Of a stretch of DNA of 37,297 bases, positions 6,805 through 15,098 are shown in pieces (position 1 is the first letter of the stretch; each line of letters opens with the position of its first letter). A program made the translations under genes and the position numbers. The notes under the pieces are model-generated. The model was not told the DNA's origin. It made no database searches and saw only the letters and a list, made by a program, of their open reading frames with translations. The DNA is taken from contig JAPLZH010000005.1 of assembly GCA_026395105.1 (NCBI GenBank), positions 1 through 37,297 of the forward strand, read 5' to 3'. This DNA is from Candidatus Tayloriibacteriota bacterium. Its GTDB lineage: Bacteria > Patescibacteriota > Minisyncoccia > Phycocordibacterales > PALSA-1337.

Positions 6805-9384
6805 ATGAATGCACAATATGGTAAAATACTATCAATGAAATATATTAAAAAAGAATTTAGGCATTTTAAGAAGCATTGGATAAGAAATACAGTGCTTTTA
6901 ATTCTGTCTTTATGTGCCTTATTTACAGGCATATTTGCCTTATGGTTTGCCTCTATAGACATTCCTGATCTTCAGGCTTTTCAAAGTCGTGTCATATCAC
7001 AGTCTACAAAGATATATGACCGAACTGGCCAAATCCTTCTTTATGATATTCATGCGAATGAAAAAAGGACAGTGGTTACTTGGGATGATATTTCTGAGCA
7101 TATTAAAGACGCCACCATTTCTATAGAAGACGCTGATTTCTATAATCATCCAGGAATTAAAGTTACATCTATTATAAGGGCTATTTTTGCAAACATTACT
7201 TCAGCTGGATATGCGCAGGGCGGATCTACTATTACCCAGCAGGTTGTAAAAAACACCATATTAACAAACGATAAAACCATAACTAGAAAATTAAAGGAAT
7301 GGGTTTTGGCTTTGAAACTAGAACGTGTTTTAACTAAACAGCAAATTTTAACCACTTATTTAAATGAGTCTCCGTACGGAGGAAACATTTACGGTGTTCA
7401 GGAGGCTAGTATGCAGTATTTCGGCAAATCAGCAAAAGATGTCACCATAGCCGAATCCGCATATTTAGCCGCCCTTCCCCAGGCACCCACCTACTACTCT
7501 CCTTTTGGAAAAAATAAGGCCTCACTAGACGCTAGGCAAAAAACTGTTCTTAAGAAAATGCTTGATTACAAATACATAACTCAGGTGGAATATGATGGAG
7601 CGATCAAAGAAAAAGTAAATTTTTTACTTAAGACGGAAGGAAGTATGAAGGCTCCACATTTTTCAATGTTTGTTAGAGATTATTTAGTAGAAAAATATGG
7701 TGAAGAAAAGGTAATGAATGGAGGATTAAGGGTTACCACAACAATGGATTACACTATGCAGCAAAAGGCCGAACTGACTGTCTCTAGTTTCGCACAGGCC
7801 CTCGAAGATAATTTTGACGCTAGTAATACAGCCATGACGGCTATAAATCCTAAAAACGGAGACATCCTAGTAATGGTCGGATCTAGAAATTATTTCGATA
7901 CAAAAATAGACGGAAATGTGAACATTGTTACTTCCATGCGTCAGCCTGGATCTTCCTTTAAACCCTTTGTTTATGCTGAGGCTTGGGAAAAAGGATATAC
8001 CCCAGAAACAGTTCTCTTTGATGCGGAAACAGAGTTTTCTTCCGAATGTACTCCGGATGGAAAGACTAAAAATCCTAGCGAGGACCCAGCGAAAATCTGC
8101 TATTCTCCAGTAAACTACGACGGAATTTATGAAGGACCTTTGACTATGAAAAAGGCTTTGGCCCAGTCTAGAAATATTCCTGCTGTTAAAACCCTTTATT
8201 TAGCTGGTGAAAGAGAATCCTTAAACTTAGCTAAAACAATGGGAATAACGACTCTCGGCGATCCGAATAGATATGGTTTAACTTTAGTGCTCGGTGGTGG
8301 AGAAGTAACCCTTTTAGACATGACGAGTGCGTATGGTGTCTTTGCAAATGAGGGAAACCGTGTTCCATATAGATATATTTTAAAAGTAGAAGATTCTGAT
8401 GGGAATGTTTTAGAACAGGCGGAGGATCCCACCCCTCAGCAGGTGGTTAGTATAAATGTGGCTAGAGAAATATCAAACGCTTTATCAGATAAATCTGTTC
8501 GTTTAGACAGTATTAATCAGGTTATGAAAGACGTCAAACAGGATGTAGCAGTAAAAACTGGAACGACGAATGACTATAGGGATGTATGGATACTTGGGTA
8601 CACGACAGACCTCGTGGTCGGTGCTTGGGCTGGAAAAAATGATAATACTCCTATGGAAAAGAAGGTCGCGGGGGTGATTATCACACCTGTCTGGGCTGCT
8701 TTTATGAATGATGTTTTAAAAAGCTATCCAGTGACCACTTTTACCCCACCTCAGGATCCACCGGCTGGTTTAGCTCCTGTTTTACGTAGTATTTGGCAGG
8801 GAAATATGGCTTACACTATAGATAAAATATCTGGAAAAGTAGCTACAGAATATACACCTGAACAAACTAGGGAGGAACGGGTTTTTAACGGTGTTCATAC
8901 TATATTAAAATGGATTGATAAAGATAATCCACTGGGGCCTATTCCGACGAATCCAGAAAAAGATTCTCAGTATGCAAACTGGGAATACGGTGTGAGAAAA
9001 TGGTTTGATCAGTGGAAAAAGACAAATAACACATTCGTAGAGGCCTCCGCGACTGCTATTCCTACTGAAACAGATAATGTTCATATACCAGCGAATATGC
9101 CGACGGCAAAGATAATCCTTCCTGCTGGAGCAAATTCTACATTTTCGAGAAATCAGTCTGTTTCTATAGATGTTTCAGCCACAGGAAAATATCCTATTAA
9201 TAAGGCGGAGTTATTTATAAATAATTCCTATATCGGTGCATCTACCGGTCCTTCGTTTAAATTCACCTTCTCCCCCGCTGATTATGAATCCACAAAAGAA
9301 AACAATGATCTCACGGCGATAGTTTATGATTCTGTTTATAATTCAGTAAAGGTCACCGTTCCATTTAATATAAAAAGTGATTAA
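6805..9384 (+). CDS. Class A penicillin-binding protein (bifunctional transglycosylase/transpeptidase) with C-terminal beta-rich extension
   Basis: N-terminal TM anchor. GT51 motifs EDADFYNHPG, GGSTITQQ, RKLKEW. Transpeptidase motifs SSFKP (SxxK), SRN, KTGT. The true start may be the ATG at 6835 (MKYIKK). Confidence 0.9.
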   Translation: MNAQYGKILSMKYIKKEFRHFKKHWIRNTVLLILSLCALFTGIFALWFASIDIPDLQAFQSRVISQSTKIYDRTGQILLYDIHANEKRTVVTWDDISEHIKDATISIEDADFYNHPGIKVTSIIRAIFANITSAGYAQGGSTITQQVVKNTILTNDKTITRKLKEWVLALKLERVLTKQQILTTYLNESPYGGNIYGVQEASMQYFGKSAKDVTIAESAYLAALPQAPTYYSPFGKNKASLDARQKTVLKKMLDYKYITQVEYDGAIKEKVNFLLKTEGSMKAPHFSMFVRDYLVEKYGEEKVMNGGLRVTTTMDYTMQQKAELTVSSFAQALEDNFDASNTAMTAINPKNGDILVMVGSRNYFDTKIDGNVNIVTSMRQPGSSFKPFVYAEAWEKGYTPETVLFDAETEFSSECTPDGKTKNPSEDPAKICYSPVNYDGIYEGPLTMKKALAQSRNIPAVKTLYLAGERESLNLAKTMGITTLGDPNRYGLTLVLGGGEVTLLDMTSAYGVFANEGNRVPYRYILKVEDSDGNVLEQAEDPTPQQVVSINVAREISNALSDKSVRLDSINQVMKDVKQDVAVKTGTTNDYRDVWILGYTTDLVVGAWAGKNDNTPMEKKVAGVIITPVWAAFMNDVLKSYPVTTFTPPQDPPAGLAPVLRSIWQGNMAYTIDKISGKVATEYTPEQTREERVFNGVHTILKWIDKDNPLGPIPTNPEKDSQYANWEYGVRKWFDQWKKTNNTFVEASATAIPTETDNVHIPANMPTAKIILPAGANSTFSRNQSVSIDVSATGKYPINKAELFINNSYIGASTGPSFKFTFSPADYESTKENNDLTAIVYDSVYNSVKVTVPFNIKSD

Positions 9385-9401
9385 TTTATATAGAAATTAA
9401 A

Positions 9402-9656
9402 TCACCTAATATCTTTAATAGAATTAGGAATTTTCTCATTAATTTCCTTTAGGATTTTTTGTTTTTTTATAAAAATCATAGCCTTTATAGGAGATGATGA
9501 GCGGATAGTTAAGGTGTTTTGGGAAAGTTTAATATCTTTGTCCACTAGATTTATTCCTATTTCTTTTAAAATCACATCCTTAATAAGGGTTATTATAGAG
9601 CGTTCTTTGTCTCCGATTCCTGAGAATTTTACTAAGTATTTAGAAATATTGAACAT
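9402..9656 (-). CDS. DUF721/DciA-like small protein
   Basis: 84 aa, 16 nt downstream of dnaN. The C-terminal half LTIRSSSPIKAMIFIKKQKILKEINEKIPNSIKDIR fits the DUF721 pattern (L.V...S......L.....IL..IN......I.DIR). Called from family-pattern recall and genomic position only. Confidence 0.5.
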   Translation of the reverse strand: MFNISKYLVKFSGIGDKERSIITLIKDVILKEIGINLVDKDIKLSQNTLTIRSSSPIKAMIFIKKQKILKEINEKIPNSIKDIR

Positions 9657-9672
9657 CGTTCGCTTTTATAGA

Positions 9673-10773
9673 TTAGCGATTCATCGGCATCACTAAATAC
9701 GTAAAGGTTTTATCTGACGCACCGCGAATAACGAGCGGTCTCTGTGCCCCAGCGAAACTAAGGCTAATACTATCTGAAAGAACAGACTGGAATGAATCAT
9801 TTATATATTTATGATTAAATTTGCTCGCTATCTGATCACCTGAGACAGAGCAGTGTAAAACGCTAGTGTTTTCTCCGACATCTGAATTTTTTGTGGAAAT
9901 TTGTATATTCTTTTCATTAGGACTAACTGTTATGTTTATTTGATTAAACTTATCACTAAAAACTGTCGAAAGTTTTAAAGCATTAACTAAGTCCTGTTTA
10001 ATAATGACAGCTTCTGAGGCGAATTCTTTTGGAATAATCTGCCTATAATCAGGAAAAGACCCATTTACTAAGCGAGAAATAACATAAATCCCCTGATATT
10101 TGAATGAAACTTGGTTTTTATCAAATGAAACATCTACTTCCCCATCTACTCCGTCAAAAATCTTAATTATTTCAGGAACATTTTTATAAGGTATGAGCAT
10201 TCCCTCTCCATCTTTATATCCATCTACCCTAACTCTCTTCTCAGCTAGTCTAAAAGAGTCTGTAGCCACGAATACAGCGTATTCATCCTCTCCATATACA
10301 TAAACACTGGAAAGTTCTGGTTTCATTGAAGACACAGACGCGCTGTACCAGACAGATTTAAGACCTAAACACAGATCTTCTGAATGAATGGTGAATATAT
10401 AGCCGTGTTCTATATGGGGAAGTGATGGAAAATCATTATGAGGCAAAGTTTTGATAGTGGTCGTGGTTCTCGATGAGGTGATGTGTAAATTCCCATCCTT
10501 TTCTTCTAAAATAATATTCTTTTCATTTGAAATTCCGGAAATATATGAATATAGGATGCTCCCAGGAACAGCGATATCCCCCTCTTCACTAACTTTTGCC
10601 GGAACGTCTATCTCTACTCCTATATCTAGGTTAGTAGAACGGAGAATCACTGAATTATCTTTAGCTGTAAGCAGAATACAGGAAAGAACTGGGAGATTTT
10701 GATTTTTATTCGTAGACCGTTCCGCGTGGGCTACTGCACTATGAAGTTTTTCTCGCGAGCATTCTATTTTCAT
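9673..10773 (-). CDS. dnaN: DNA polymerase III beta sliding clamp
   Basis: 366 aa with three-domain clamp length. N-terminal MKIECSREKLHSAV and C-terminal RPLVIRG....TYLVMPM are typical. Sits immediately downstream of dnaA. Confidence 0.93.
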   Translation of the reverse strand: MKIECSREKLHSAVAHAERSTNKNQNLPVLSCILLTAKDNSVILRSTNLDIGVEIDVPAKVSEEGDIAVPGSILYSYISGISNEKNIILEEKDGNLHITSSRTTTTIKTLPHNDFPSLPHIEHGYIFTIHSEDLCLGLKSVWYSASVSSMKPELSSVYVYGEDEYAVFVATDSFRLAEKRVRVDGYKDGEGMLIPYKNVPEIIKIFDGVDGEVDVSFDKNQVSFKYQGIYVISRLVNGSFPDYRQIIPKEFASEAVIIKQDLVNALKLSTVFSDKFNQINITVSPNEKNIQISTKNSDVGENTSVLHCSVSGDQIASKFNHKYINDSFQSVLSDSISLSFAGAQRPLVIRGASDKTFTYLVMPMNR

Positions 10774-11047
10774 TTTAGTAAGTATTAATTAATTTTTTTT
10801 ATATAAACACTTTATTATTATTAGAGGTGTGGATTTGTTAAGAACTTTTTCTACCGCCTAAATTAAACATATTTTCAGTATCTTTTTTCCACCACGCTGT
10901 GAATAATTTTCGGATAAGGAAGTGACTCGTGTTTTTCTGACTATTTATACCCACCCTATCCAGATATATTCCCCAGGCTATTCCCCTAATTATTAACTAC
11001 TTATTCACAAAGTAATCCACAGTTTTCCCGACAGCTAGCCGAAGTCC
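10774..11047. promoter_or_regulatory. oriC segment in the dnaA-dnaN spacer: DnaA-box cluster plus AT-rich tract
   Basis: Four near-consensus 9-mers versus TTATCCACA: TGTGGATTT 10828-10836, TGTGAATAA 10898-10906, TTATTCACA 11001-11009, TAATCCACA 11013-11021. AT-rich run at about 10780-10825. Confidence 0.6.
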
Positions 11048-12388
11048 CTAAAGCATAGAACGAATCTGATTTAATTCCTGAGTCAAAGAAGGGTCTGTTT
11101 TTAAATCACCCTTTATCTTTTCACAGGAATGAATAACAGTAGTATGATCCCTTCCTCCGAGTTTTTCGCCGATAGATGGATAAGAAAGGCAAAAATCTTC
11201 ACGGAGAAGGTACATTGTTAACTGGCGTGGCTTAACCACCTCCTTTTTTCTAGTCTTATCATATATATTATCCTCTTCTATATTATAAAACTGGGCTACC
11301 ACCTTAACAACCTCTTTAACAGAAACATTCTTTTTTGGTTTTACAGCGTCTTTGACTAGGTTTTTTATTTCCGTGAGGCTCAGATGCTTACCCTTCATCT
11401 GTGTCTGTATAACTATGGTATTAAGAACACCCTCTAATTCACGAATATTACTGTTAATATTTTCAGCTAGGTGGTTTAGGACTTCTTCTTCCAGTACTAA
11501 ATTATAAAAGCGACTTTTTGCCTTTAAAATGGCTACCTTCGAATCTTTATCAGGTGTCGGTACATCTACCATCATACCCGCTCCGAAACGGCTCTTAAGG
11601 CGGTCTTCGAGGTTTGGTATGTAGTTAGGGTGTCTATCAGAAGAAAAGATAATTTGTTTAAAATTATCATACATATGATTAAATAAATGGAAGAGCTCCT
11701 CCTGAAACTTTTCCTTTCCAGAGAAAAACTGTATATCATCTACTATAATGGCGTCATACTTTCTGTATTTTTCCTTAAAGTATGCCATTTTATTAGTCTG
11801 CAAACATTCTAAACAGTCCGTTCCGAACTTTTCTGATGTTAAGTAGAAGACTTTTTTATTCGGATAGTGTTTTTTAATGTAGTTTCCTACGGCCTGTATG
11901 AGATGTGTCTTTCCTAGACCTGTGTTTCCATAAATAAAAAGTGGATTATAGACCTTTCCTGGGTTCTGTATGATGGCCTGGGCTGCCGCGTGAGCTATTT
12001 GATTAAAAGGGCCTATTATAAAGGAATCAAAAGTATAACGAGGGTTTAGATTATCCTCTTTATTAATGTAGAAATCATCTAGTGGAAGTTCACTACAGAC
12101 TGTATTTTTAATATTTCTGATAGATTCTTCCTTTTTATTTCCACCGATCTCAGCGATAACATAGTCTAATCCCCTAACAGATTCATTATGAGTTCTTAAT
12201 ATACGTAAAATAGTGTTATGAAAATGTTTCCATACCCACTCTTTTATAAACGTACTCGGAACATTTAAATAAACTACACCCTCCTCCATTCTGTGTATAT
12301 TCGAATCCTTAAGCCACATTAAGTTGCCCTTTGATACATCTAGTTCCATTTCTATTTTTACTGCTTCCCAAAGTTTGGTGTGATCCAT
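11048..12388 (-). CDS. dnaA: Chromosomal replication initiator DnaA
   Basis: 446 aa. Walker A GNTGLGKTH, Walker B IIVDDIQF, domain IV signature GGRDHTTVIHSCEKI. Confidence 0.97.
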   Translation of the reverse strand: MDHTKLWEAVKIEMELDVSKGNLMWLKDSNIHRMEEGVVYLNVPSTFIKEWVWKHFHNTILRILRTHNESVRGLDYVIAEIGGNKKEESIRNIKNTVCSELPLDDFYINKEDNLNPRYTFDSFIIGPFNQIAHAAAQAIIQNPGKVYNPLFIYGNTGLGKTHLIQAVGNYIKKHYPNKKVFYLTSEKFGTDCLECLQTNKMAYFKEKYRKYDAIIVDDIQFFSGKEKFQEELFHLFNHMYDNFKQIIFSSDRHPNYIPNLEDRLKSRFGAGMMVDVPTPDKDSKVAILKAKSRFYNLVLEEEVLNHLAENINSNIRELEGVLNTIVIQTQMKGKHLSLTEIKNLVKDAVKPKKNVSVKEVVKVVAQFYNIEEDNIYDKTRKKEVVKPRQLTMYLLREDFCLSYPSIGEKLGGRDHTTVIHSCEKIKGDLKTDPSLTQELNQIRSML

Positions 12389-12565
12389 AAAATGAAATTA
12401 AAGTTAAGCTCATTATATACCTGTGAATATTTTTTCAAACTTGTGCGTGAAAGATAAATATGTTGAGAAGGTGTGGATAACTATTTTTATAGTATTTTTT
12501 GCAAAAAAATTAAGACAGCTCTTTAAATTTGATTTTTTCTGGAAATATTATATACTCATTCTGTT
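12389..12565. promoter_or_regulatory. Second oriC/dnaA-promoter segment with DnaA boxes
   Basis: Perfect box TGTGGATAA at 12472-12480 and a one-mismatch box TGTGAATAT at 12422-12430. TATAAT on the minus strand about 28 nt upstream of the dnaA ATG. Divergent from rpmH. Confidence 0.55.
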
Positions 12566-12712
12566 ATGTCATTCACATATAAACCTAAAAAGATAAAAAG
12601 AGCGCGTTCACACGGATTCCTAAGACGCATGAAAGATAAGGACGGAAGAAATGTTCTCGCACGCAGACGCGCAAAGGGTAGAAAATCCCTCACTGTTTCC
12701 TCATCAAAATAA
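12566..12712 (+). CDS. rpmH: 50S ribosomal protein L34
   Basis: Not in the ORF track because it is short. My own translation gives [48 protein letters not shown], matching the L34 signature (..RSHGF..RM....GR.VL..RR.KGR..L). Its stop overlaps the rnpA ATG (TAATG). Confidence 0.9.
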   Translation: MSFTYKPKKIKRARSHGFLRRMKDKDGRNVLARRRAKGRKSLTVSSSK

Positions 12713-13044
12713 TGCTAAGTAAAAGGAATAGGCTCTCAAAAAAGCTGTTTTTAGAGGTTTTTGAGAAAGGGTCTGTCTATAGATCTGGGATTTTAATGTG
12801 CAAAGTGCTTAAAGACCCTAAATTAAAGGGCCTTTTTGCTGTTTCAATTTCCAAAAAAGAGGTAAAAACGGCGGTAGAAAGGAATAAAATCAGAAGGAGA
12901 TTCTATTCAGCTATAGAGAAAGATATAAAAAAGAATAAAGAATTACCGCTCGGCATCATCTTTTTCGCCAGAAAAAACACATTAGAACTGGATTTTAAGG
13001 TTCTTTGTGAGGAAGTGGCTCGCATTATTGCTAAAATCAGATAA
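12712..13044 (+). CDS. rnpA: RNase P protein component
   Basis: 110 aa, basic. RNR motif region AVERNKIRRRFYSAI. Canonical rpmH-rnpA-yidC order. Confidence 0.85.
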   Translation: MLSKRNRLSKKLFLEVFEKGSVYRSGILMCKVLKDPKLKGLFAVSISKKEVKTAVERNKIRRRFYSAIEKDIKKNKELPLGIIFFARKNTLELDFKVLCEEVARIIAKIR

Positions 13045-13053
13045 AATAGACAG

Positions 13054-13794
13054 ATGACTTATCTATATCACGCATTAGTATCAGTTCCCCTATATAACGG
13101 CTTCATTTTGCTTTTCGATGTGATTCCCTGGCTAGACGCTGGAATGGCCGTTATTATCTTTACTATTATAGTTAAACTCATTCTCTTCCCTCTCGCTAAG
13201 AAATCTGTCGTCACACAGTTAATGATGAAGAAGGTTGATCCAGAGGTGAGAAAAATAAAGGCAAAGTATCCGAATGATAATCAAAAACAATATCCCGAGA
13301 CAATGGCTCTCTATAAAAAACATGGAATAAATCCCCTTTCTAGTATTTTCCTCCTTTTGGTTCAGCTCCCAATACTCCTCGCCCTATACTCTATTTTTTA
13401 CAGCTCTGGCTTACCTAAGGTTGATTCCTCTCTTTTATATTCCTTCGTGTCTATACCTCATATAGACATGTTTTTCCTAGGTTTTTTAGATATTAGTAAG
13501 AGTAACTGGATAATTGCCCTACTCGCCGCTATTTCCCAGTATTATCAAATAAAACTTTCTGTTCCTGCCGTTCCACCGAAGAAACCGGGAGAAACACCTA
13601 GTTTTCAGGATGAGCTCGCTAGAAGCATGGGCTCAAATATGAAATACGTTTTTCCGGTAGTGATTTTCATCATTTCTTTCAAATTAGCCGCCGCCCTCGG
13701 TATTTACTGGGTAGTAAGTAATCTATTCATGATCGGCCAAGAACTCTTTGTTAAAATAAAACTAGAAGCCGAGTACGCGAATAAAACACTCTAA
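13054..13794 (+). CDS. yidC: YidC/Oxa1-family membrane protein insertase (short, Gram-positive type)
   Basis: 246 aa, polytopic. Conserved KYPNDNQKQYPETMALYKKHGINPLSS..LLLVQLPILLALY block. Confidence 0.88.
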   Translation: MTYLYHALVSVPLYNGFILLFDVIPWLDAGMAVIIFTIIVKLILFPLAKKSVVTQLMMKKVDPEVRKIKAKYPNDNQKQYPETMALYKKHGINPLSSIFLLLVQLPILLALYSIFYSSGLPKVDSSLLYSFVSIPHIDMFFLGFLDISKSNWIIALLAAISQYYQIKLSVPAVPPKKPGETPSFQDELARSMGSNMKYVFPVVIFIISFKLAAALGIYWVVSNLFMIGQELFVKIKLEAEYANKTL

Positions 13795-13810
13795 TACAGA
13801 ACGACCACCA

Positions 13811-15097
13811 CTATTTTATTTCAAGAGACCAGAGAGAAAGGTCTCTTTTATTCATGAATATTAAGTATCCGTCTTTAGGATCGATGGATATATTATAGGC
13901 GTCTATCGCCTTCCCCGAAAGAGAATAAAGGTCGCCGATCATAGTTACTTCACCTGTTTCCGTGTCATATTTCCAGACCCTGTCTCCCGGAAAAACTAAA
14001 CCTTTATACCAATCATCTGGATAAATTCCGTTCGGAATGTTATTCGGCACTGCGCAGTAAATCGTCTTATTTTCCACCGTTCCCCAAGCACATTTTTCGG
14101 TCAAAGTTTTAAGCACCGTGTTTTCAATAGTCTTTTCTTTTGTCTTATATATAGAAAGGGTCAAAATCCCCCCAGGAGCTGTCGTCGAAAAGGCTATCTC
14201 ACTCATATCTCCATTTGGAAGAACTGTTAAACCTGTTCCAGAAACGATTTTCGTCATTTCAGCCTTTTTAATATCATAAGTGTATGCGGAACCCACGCTA
14301 ATAGACGAGGCTTTTGAAGAAAATATAAGGGTGTTTTGATTTGGCCAAAAGAGATTCCAGCTCTCTAATGGTGAAGAAAAAACCTCGACTACATTACCCG
14401 TAACTGTGTCCTGTATAAAGCCTTTAACTCCTGGATTTGTCTTTACCAGAAAGGCAAAGGATTCATTTTTTACATCTTTTGGTGAATTCGCTACAGCTAC
14501 TACACCTGTCGGTATATATGAAGTTCTAACGGCTTTAATAGTGGATGTGGCGAGCACGGTGGTCGTTCCTACTTTTATAGGCTTAGGGTCAATTATCGAA
14601 AGAAGCTCTGTATTTACTGTATTTTCATCATTCTCATCTAGATTCCTAATTACTAGAGACTGAGCTTTCTTTGACCAAAAGGCCTCATAGATTTGAGAAA
14701 GGGTTTTATCAGAAATTCTCGTGACATCAGTTCCTGTAACCTTCGTTTCCATAATATTTCCTAGTCCCCTGTCGATATACCTGATTATAGTCGAACTGCC
14801 TGTGGTGGATGCTACAGCTCCAGCTACTGGGTCTGCAGAAATGAGCCTGAGCTTTGGAATATTTGGATTAGTGGTCGAGGCAAAGACAAAAGGAGTCGAT
14901 GTGGCTCTCGGTGTAGATGTACTATTCCCTCCTCCAGAATCACCACCGAATGGATTAAAGGTCGGATTCGTTCCTGTTCCAGTACCAGTGCCCGGCGTGG
15001 TATCACCCGGCTTATACATGAATAAATAATAATAAGTGCCCACCCCTATAAGGAGTATGATTATTACAGAGATGATTATAAGGGTTTTGTTTTTCAT
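13811..15097 (-). CDS. Membrane-anchored extracytoplasmic protein with a beta-rich (propeller-like?) domain; last gene of the T4SS-like operon
   Basis: 428 aa. N-terminal TM (LIIISVIIILLIGVGTYYYLF), Thr/Gly/Pro/Ser linker (PGTGTGTGTNP...), then a long beta-strand-rich region. 1-nt gap to the upstream gene. Confidence 0.7.
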   Translation of the reverse strand: MKNKTLIIISVIIILLIGVGTYYYLFMYKPGDTTPGTGTGTGTNPTFNPFGGDSGGGNSTSTPRATSTPFVFASTTNPNIPKLRLISADPVAGAVASTTGSSTIIRYIDRGLGNIMETKVTGTDVTRISDKTLSQIYEAFWSKKAQSLVIRNLDENDENTVNTELLSIIDPKPIKVGTTTVLATSTIKAVRTSYIPTGVVAVANSPKDVKNESFAFLVKTNPGVKGFIQDTVTGNVVEVFSSPLESWNLFWPNQNTLIFSSKASSISVGSAYTYDIKKAEMTKIVSGTGLTVLPNGDMSEIAFSTTAPGGILTLSIYKTKEKTIENTVLKTLTEKCAWGTVENKTIYCAVPNNIPNGIYPDDWYKGLVFPGDRVWKYDTETGEVTMIGDLYSLSGKAIDAYNISIDPKDGYLIFMNKRDLSLWSLEIK

Positions 15098-15098
15098 T

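Noticed and set aside
6789-6962. 58-codon N-terminal extension of the tyrS ORF
   Set aside because: It has no similarity to TyrRS and overlaps the divergent PBP gene start. The homologous region begins just after the internal ATG at 6788.
14950-15000. Thr-Gly (PGTGTGTGT) coding tract as a slippage-prone simple-sequence contingency repeat
   Set aside because: The underlying DNA uses mixed codons (imperfect repeat units), so it is not a homogeneous SSR.
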